Shown here piece by piece: positions 59,404 to 64,000 of a DNA stretch of 64,000 bases. Position 1 is the first letter of the stretch, and each line of letters opens with the position of its first letter. This DNA is from an uncultured Clostridia bacterium (GTDB taxonomy: Bacteria; Bacillota; Clostridia; TANB77; CAG-508). The stretch covers positions 2,963 through 66,962 of the forward strand of contig CAKPNJ010000007.1 in the NCBI GenBank assembly GCA_934168365.1, written 5' to 3'. Under the pieces are notes generated by a model that made no database searches, had not been told where the DNA came from, and saw only the letters and a list, made by a program, of their open reading frames with translations. The position numbers and the translations under genes are program-made.

Positions 59404-60648
59404 ATGGACATGAGTAAACCACTTGCATATAGAATGAGCCCTAAAACATTAGATGACTATGTAGGGCAAGAACATATTTTAGGCAAGGATAAAATTTTAT
59501 ATCGTACAATAAAAGCAGATAGATTATCTAGCATTATACTATGGGGACCTCCGGGTTGTGGAAAAACATCACTTGCTAGAGTTATTAGTAATACAACAAA
59601 ATGCAAATTTCTAAAAATAAATGCAGTAACATCAGGTATATCAGACATAAAAAATGCAGTTGAAACAGCGCAAAATGCCTTGCTAAACCCATCTGGCAAA
59701 TGTATTTTATTTATAGATGAGATACATCGTTTTAATAAATTACAACAAGATGCATTGCTTCCTTATGTAGAAAATGGAACTATAATACTAATAGGAGCTA
59801 CAACAGAAAATCCATATTTTGAAGTAAATAAAGCCTTAATATCAAGGTCAATGGTATTTCATTTGCAACCATTAACAGATGAAGATATATTTAAAGTACT
59901 AAAAAAATCTTTAACTTCTGAAGATGGATTAGGAAGCTATAACATAAAAATAGAAGATGAAACTTTGAAAAAACTTGCAATAACTTCAGGAGGAGATGTA
60001 AGAACAGCTTTAAATGGATTAGAGGTTGCAGTATTAACAACACAAATAGATTCAAATGGAATAATAAACATTACAGACGATATTTTAAAAGAATGTGTGC
60101 AAACAAGAAAAGCTGTATTTGATAAAAAAGGTGATAGTCATTATGATAATATTAGTGCATTTATAAAATCAATGCGTGGAAGTGATGTAGATGCAGCATT
60201 ATTCTATTTGGCTAGAGCATTAAATGCAGGAGAAGATCCTGTATTTATGGCAAGAAGAATAGTAATTGCTGCAGCAGAAGATGTTGGAATGGCAAATCCA
60301 AATGCTTTAGTAGTTGCAACATCAGCTATGCAAGCTGTAACTATGGTAGGAATGCCAGAAGCCAGAATTATTTTAGCAGAGGCAGCAGTCTATGTAGCAA
60401 CTTCCAAAAAATCAAATGCTGCATATTTAGGAATAGATAAGGCACTAGCAGATGTAGCTAATAAAGATACAGGAACTATACCAATGCACATTAGAAATGC
60501 ACCAGCAGAAGGAATGTCAAAAGAAGGGTATGGTGTAGGATATAAATATCCACATGATTATCCAAATCATTGGGTAGAACAACAATATTTACCTGATAAA
60601 ATGTTAGGAACAAAATATTATACAAAAGATGATACAGTGGAAGATTAA
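59404..60648 (+). CDS. rarA: replication-associated recombination protein A (AAA+ ATPase)
   Basis: Walker A GPPGCGKTS, Walker B IDEIHRFNK, MgsA C-terminal domain. Confidence 0.9.
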   Translation: MDMSKPLAYRMSPKTLDDYVGQEHILGKDKILYRTIKADRLSSIILWGPPGCGKTSLARVISNTTKCKFLKINAVTSGISDIKNAVETAQNALLNPSGKCILFIDEIHRFNKLQQDALLPYVENGTIILIGATTENPYFEVNKALISRSMVFHLQPLTDEDIFKVLKKSLTSEDGLGSYNIKIEDETLKKLAITSGGDVRTALNGLEVAVLTTQIDSNGIINITDDILKECVQTRKAVFDKKGDSHYDNISAFIKSMRGSDVDAALFYLARALNAGEDPVFMARRIVIAAAEDVGMANPNALVVATSAMQAVTMVGMPEARIILAEAAVYVATSKKSNAAYLGIDKALADVANKDTGTIPMHIRNAPAEGMSKEGYGVGYKYPHDYPNHWVEQQYLPDKMLGTKYYTKDDTVED

Positions 60649-60652
60649 ATTG

Positions 60653-60686
60653 AAAATCCCCGGCTAAAACAGTCCGGGATTTTCTG
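60653..60686. terminator. bidirectional terminator
   Basis: AATCCCGG/CCGGGATT hairpin. Confidence 0.65.
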
Positions 60687-60689
60687 TGA

Positions 60690-61811
60690 TTATAATGTTG
60701 TTAATAGTAATAATACAACTAAAAATAAAGTATTAAATATTGTATACATTATTAAATATTTCCAAAAGTTCTTAGGCTGGTGTTTTAAAAATTCTTTTAA
60801 AGTAATTAAACTAGCTAGTGAAGATATCAATATTCCTAAAGAACCTATATTTACAGAAACTAATAATTCTTTATAATTTGTAGTAAATTTAGATAAGAAT
60901 ATTGCAGTAGGAACATTGCTTATAAATTGACAAGACACTATTCCAGCTAACAATGTATTTTTTACAACAATTTCTGATATAAACTCTTTTATAGCAGGTA
61001 TTCTAGCAATATTTCCTGAAAAGACAAAGAAAACGAAGAATGTTGCTATAAGAGCATAGTCTATTTGCTTAAACCTTTTTCTATCCATTATAAGGATTGT
61101 TAAAACTACAATTGCTAATGTTATCAAATAAGGAATAACCCTAAAAATACTAAGTATTACGAAAATAAATAAAATTGAATATATACATAGCTCTTTCTTA
61201 CTTATGATTATCTTTGAATTTTTTCTTAGCTTTAAAGGTTCATTATGAACAAAAGCACAGCATATCCATAATAACACTGCAACAGTTATGGACGGAACAA
61301 GCAATATACTAAAAAACTCTGTTGTGTTTATATTATAATAAGAATAAAGATATAAATTTTGTGGATTACCATAAGGAGTAATCATACCACCCATATTAGC
61401 AGCTATAGTTTGCATTATAAATGTAAAAGCTAGATATTTATCATTTTTGGTTGAATGCAAAACAATATATGTAAGCGGAAGAAATGTTATTAAAGACATA
61501 TCATTTGCTACTATCATATCAAAGAAAAAGGTACCAAATACAAGTGCATATATAACAGCTCTTCGGGTATGAAATAAACCTATAAGTTTTCTAGAAATCA
61601 ACTCAAATACATTTGTGCTTTTAAGTCCAGCAACTACAGCAAGCATACAGAATAAGCAAATTAATGTACTATAATCAAAATAACCTAAATATTCTTTATC
61701 TGGTGGCACAAAAAAACATGTAATAATTGCTAAAACGATTGCAACAGATAAAACTACTTCACTTTTTATAAAATTAATTATTTTTTCTTTTGTCTTCATA
61801 ATTATCTCCAT
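60690..61811 (-). CDS. integral membrane permease, ArsB/NhaD (ion transporter) superfamily-like
   Basis: About 10 TM segments, 373 aa. The family call is tentative. Confidence 0.5.
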   Translation of the reverse strand: MEIIMKTKEKIINFIKSEVVLSVAIVLAIITCFFVPPDKEYLGYFDYSTLICLFCMLAVVAGLKSTNVFELISRKLIGLFHTRRAVIYALVFGTFFFDMIVANDMSLITFLPLTYIVLHSTKNDKYLAFTFIMQTIAANMGGMITPYGNPQNLYLYSYYNINTTEFFSILLVPSITVAVLLWICCAFVHNEPLKLRKNSKIIISKKELCIYSILFIFVILSIFRVIPYLITLAIVVLTILIMDRKRFKQIDYALIATFFVFFVFSGNIARIPAIKEFISEIVVKNTLLAGIVSCQFISNVPTAIFLSKFTTNYKELLVSVNIGSLGILISSLASLITLKEFLKHQPKNFWKYLIMYTIFNTLFLVVLLLLTTL

Positions 61812-61896
61812 ATAATACTTATATAAATATTATAACAATATAAAATAAAAAATACAATAAAAAAGATACCTTATTTCTAAGATATCTTTTTTAAAT

Positions 61897-62799
61897 TTAT
61901 TTTTTCTCTTTAATAACTTCTGTAATAGCACCTAAGCTACTTAATGTATTTGTTGCTTCAAATGGAATAAATACTTTATTAGCTTCTCCATTAGCAACTT
62001 CTTTTAAAGTTTCTAAAGATTTTAATTGAACTAACTTCTCGTCTGGTTTAGCTTTCATCATAGCATCATAAACCATTTGAATTTCTTGAGCTTTAGCTTC
62101 AGCTACTTGCTTGATTGCTTCAGCTTCACCGGCAGCTCTTCTAATTTTAGATTCTTTTTCAGCTTCAGCTTCTAGAATAGCAGCTTCTTTTTTACCTTCT
62201 GCTAAAGTAATAGCAGACTGTCTTTCACCTTCAGCTTGTAAAATTAAAGCTCTTTTATTTCTCTCAGCATTCATTTGTTTTTCCATTGCATCTCTGATGT
62301 CAGCTGGTGGAGTAATATCTTTAATTTCAACTCTGTCTACTTTACAACCCCATTGATCTGTTGCTTCATCAAGAATAACTCTTAATTTGTCATTGATAGC
62401 ATCTCTTGAACTAAATGTATCGTCTAAGTCCATTTTACCAACAATATCACGAATTGTAGTAATTGCTAGGTATTCAATACCTTTCTTTAAATTTTGAATT
62501 TCATAAACTGCTCTTGCAGGATCTGTAATTTTATAGAACACTACAGTATCAATAGTAATAGTAACGTTATCTTGTGTAATTACACCTTGTGGTGGAATAT
62601 CCATAGTTTGTTGTTTTAAACTTACTACACTACGTACATGGTCTACAAAAGGAATTATAACTGTAAGACCAGCATCTGCTACCTTATGAAATTTACCAAG
62701 TCTTTCAATAATATATACCTCAGACTGTTTTACTATTTTAATTGTATTAAATGCAATAATTAAAATAATAACTAATAATGCGATTAAAACCCACATCAT
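61897..62799 (-). CDS. SPFH/Band-7 (stomatin-like) protein
   Basis: N-terminal TM segment, SPFH domain, and a C-terminal coiled coil (AEAEKESKIRRAAGEAEA). Confidence 0.85.
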   Translation of the reverse strand: MMWVLIALLVIILIIAFNTIKIVKQSEVYIIERLGKFHKVADAGLTVIIPFVDHVRSVVSLKQQTMDIPPQGVITQDNVTITIDTVVFYKITDPARAVYEIQNLKKGIEYLAITTIRDIVGKMDLDDTFSSRDAINDKLRVILDEATDQWGCKVDRVEIKDITPPADIRDAMEKQMNAERNKRALILQAEGERQSAITLAEGKKEAAILEAEAEKESKIRRAAGEAEAIKQVAEAKAQEIQMVYDAMMKAKPDEKLVQLKSLETLKEVANGEANKVFIPFEATNTLSSLGAITEVIKEKK

Positions 62800-62843
62800 A
62801 ATAAAAATCCTCCTTAAAAAATATATATAATAAATATTAATAC

Positions 62844-63290
62844 CTAAACTGTTTGTTCAACTTTAGAGTCAGCTGTAACAACTGCCTTAACACCATCAAT
62901 ACTCAAAATTGAAACTTCAGTACCTTCGCTAATAACTGTTTCTTCAGTAGATTTAGCAGACCAAACTTGACCATCAACCTTAATTTGGCCAACTCCTAAT
63001 GTAGGGTTTATTTCTTTAACAACAATAGCTTTTTTTCCAATAATAGAAAAAGCATTAGTAGTTAAGTTGTTATCAGTTTTTCCAAGCTTTTTAGCTAAAG
63101 GTCTTGTACACAAAATAAATAAAGCAGAAGTAATTACAAACACAGCAGTTTGAATAATTAAGTTATCTGTAAAAAAGCTCGTTACCATAGCACATAAGCT
63201 ACCTAAACTTAACCAAAAGATTAAAAAGCCTACAGTTGCTATTTCAGCAATAACAAAAATACCTGCTAAAATTAACCAAACATACCACAT
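62844..63290 (-). CDS. NfeD-family membrane protein (partner of the SPFH protein)
   Basis: Two N-terminal TM segments plus a C-terminal OB-fold beta domain. Classic nfeD-SPFH operon. Confidence 0.8.
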   Translation of the reverse strand: MWYVWLILAGIFVIAEIATVGFLIFWLSLGSLCAMVTSFFTDNLIIQTAVFVITSALFILCTRPLAKKLGKTDNNLTTNAFSIIGKKAIVVKEINPTLGVGQIKVDGQVWSAKSTEETVISEGTEVSILSIDGVKAVVTADSKVEQTV

Positions 63291-63458
63291 AAAATTAATC
63301 TCCTTTACATTGTAACATCTATATTATACTATATTCTCGAGCAAAAGGGAATATGTTTTTGAAAAAAATGTAACATCTTGCCAACTTTTGAGTTTTGTGA
63401 TATAACAATAAACAAGTGAGCAATCTACTGAATAATATATCATATGAGGTGGGATAGA

Positions 63459-64000
63459 ATGAAAGAAGAAGCTATTTCAATATTAAAAAAATATCATCAA
63501 GAGCATATATTAGAATACAATTTAAGTGAAAAGCAACAACAAGAATTAGAAAAACAAATATTAAGTATAGATTTTGAACAATTACAAAATTTATATGAAA
63601 GCACAAAACAAGAAAAAGTTATAGAAGAAAAGAAAATTGAGCACATACCATATACAGATAAAGCAAAAATGCCAAAAGAACAAGAGCAAGAACTTGCAAA
63701 TATTGGAACAGAGGTTATAAAACAAGGACACTATGCAGTTATAACAATGGCAGGTGGTCAGGGAACAAGGCTTGGACACAAAGGACCAAAAGGTACATAT
63801 GCCTTAGATACTGTAAATGGTAAAAAATACATATTTGAAATAATTATAGACAAACTAAAAAAGGCAAAAGAAGAATATGGAGTTACAATACCATGGTATG
63901 TAATGACCAGCAAAGATAATCATGATGAAACAGTTTGGTTTTTAGAAAATAATAATTATTTTGGGTATGAAAAAGATAAAATTAAGTTTTTTAAACAAGG
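63459..64000 (+). CDS. UTP--sugar-1-phosphate uridylyltransferase family (UDPGP/UAP-like) protein, 3'-truncated by the window edge
   Basis: TMAGGQGTRLG nucleotide-binding motif. GAGGTGGG RBS before the ATG at 63459. The ORF runs off the window. Confidence 0.7.
   Translation, partial: MKEEAISILKKYHQEHILEYNLSEKQQQELEKQILSIDFEQLQNLYESTKQEKVIEEKKIEHIPYTDKAKMPKEQEQELANIGTEVIKQGHYAVITMAGGQGTRLGHKGPKGTYALDTVNGKKYIFEIIIDKLKKAKEEYGVTIPWYVMTSKDNHDETVWFLENNNYFGYEKDKIKFFKQ

Noticed and set aside
1-64000. Looked for rRNA, tRNA, transposase, integrase, restriction-modification, Cas or other canonical defence genes
   Set aside because: None recognised in any frame. The only mobile-like signals are the small TIR-bounded non-coding elements reported above.

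Overview
Low-GC (about 28-30 percent) Firmicutes chromosome, Clostridia-like. It is densely packed with about 75 genes, mostly housekeeping. I identified genes by reading the translated ORFs and recognising conserved families from memory. No database search was run.

Genes in order:
- Ribosomal protein/transcription cluster rpmG-secE-nusG-rplK-rplA-rplJ-rplL. Unexpectedly it is followed by plsX-acpP instead of rpoBC.
- An amidohydrolase (MtaD-like) and two uncharacterised about 400-aa proteins. One has conspicuously atypical GC-rich codon usage.
- smc.
- A Lys-type MurE-like Mur ligase adjacent to a D-Asp-ligase-like ATP-grasp enzyme.
- A 2-oxoacid-dehydrogenase-E2-like acyltransferase with a DER (not DHR) motif.
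- A Ca2+ P-type ATPase, nifS, murI, NUDIX and a PdaB-like deacetylase.
- A tandem-OB SSB-like protein, scpB, proS, a J-domain protein and aspS.
- murT-gatD, rlmN-prpC-prkC-rsgA-rpe, a metal ABC transporter and pflB-pflA.
- spoIIID plus an ABC-2 transporter, a DUF1015 protein, and the sporulation cluster yabG-veg-sipL-like-yunB.
- rpsI-rplM, tcdA, ruvA, rarA, a permease, an SPFH/NfeD pair and a partial UDPGP gene.

No rRNA, tRNA, CRISPR or transposase genes were seen.

The most notable unexplained signals:
1. A 98-bp near-identical duplicated intergenic element bracketing rplK-rplA-rplJ.
2. Three small elements bounded by terminal inverted repeats (TIRs), resembling miniature inverted-repeat transposable elements (MITEs). 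Two share a TTGGGGACGG core. One is GC-rich and sits between pflB and pflA.
3. Frameshifts in yabG and in a half-size TauE gene.
4. A probably horizontally acquired hypothetical gene where rnc is normally found.
5. A Cys-rich coat-like protein with a putative sigma-K promoter.
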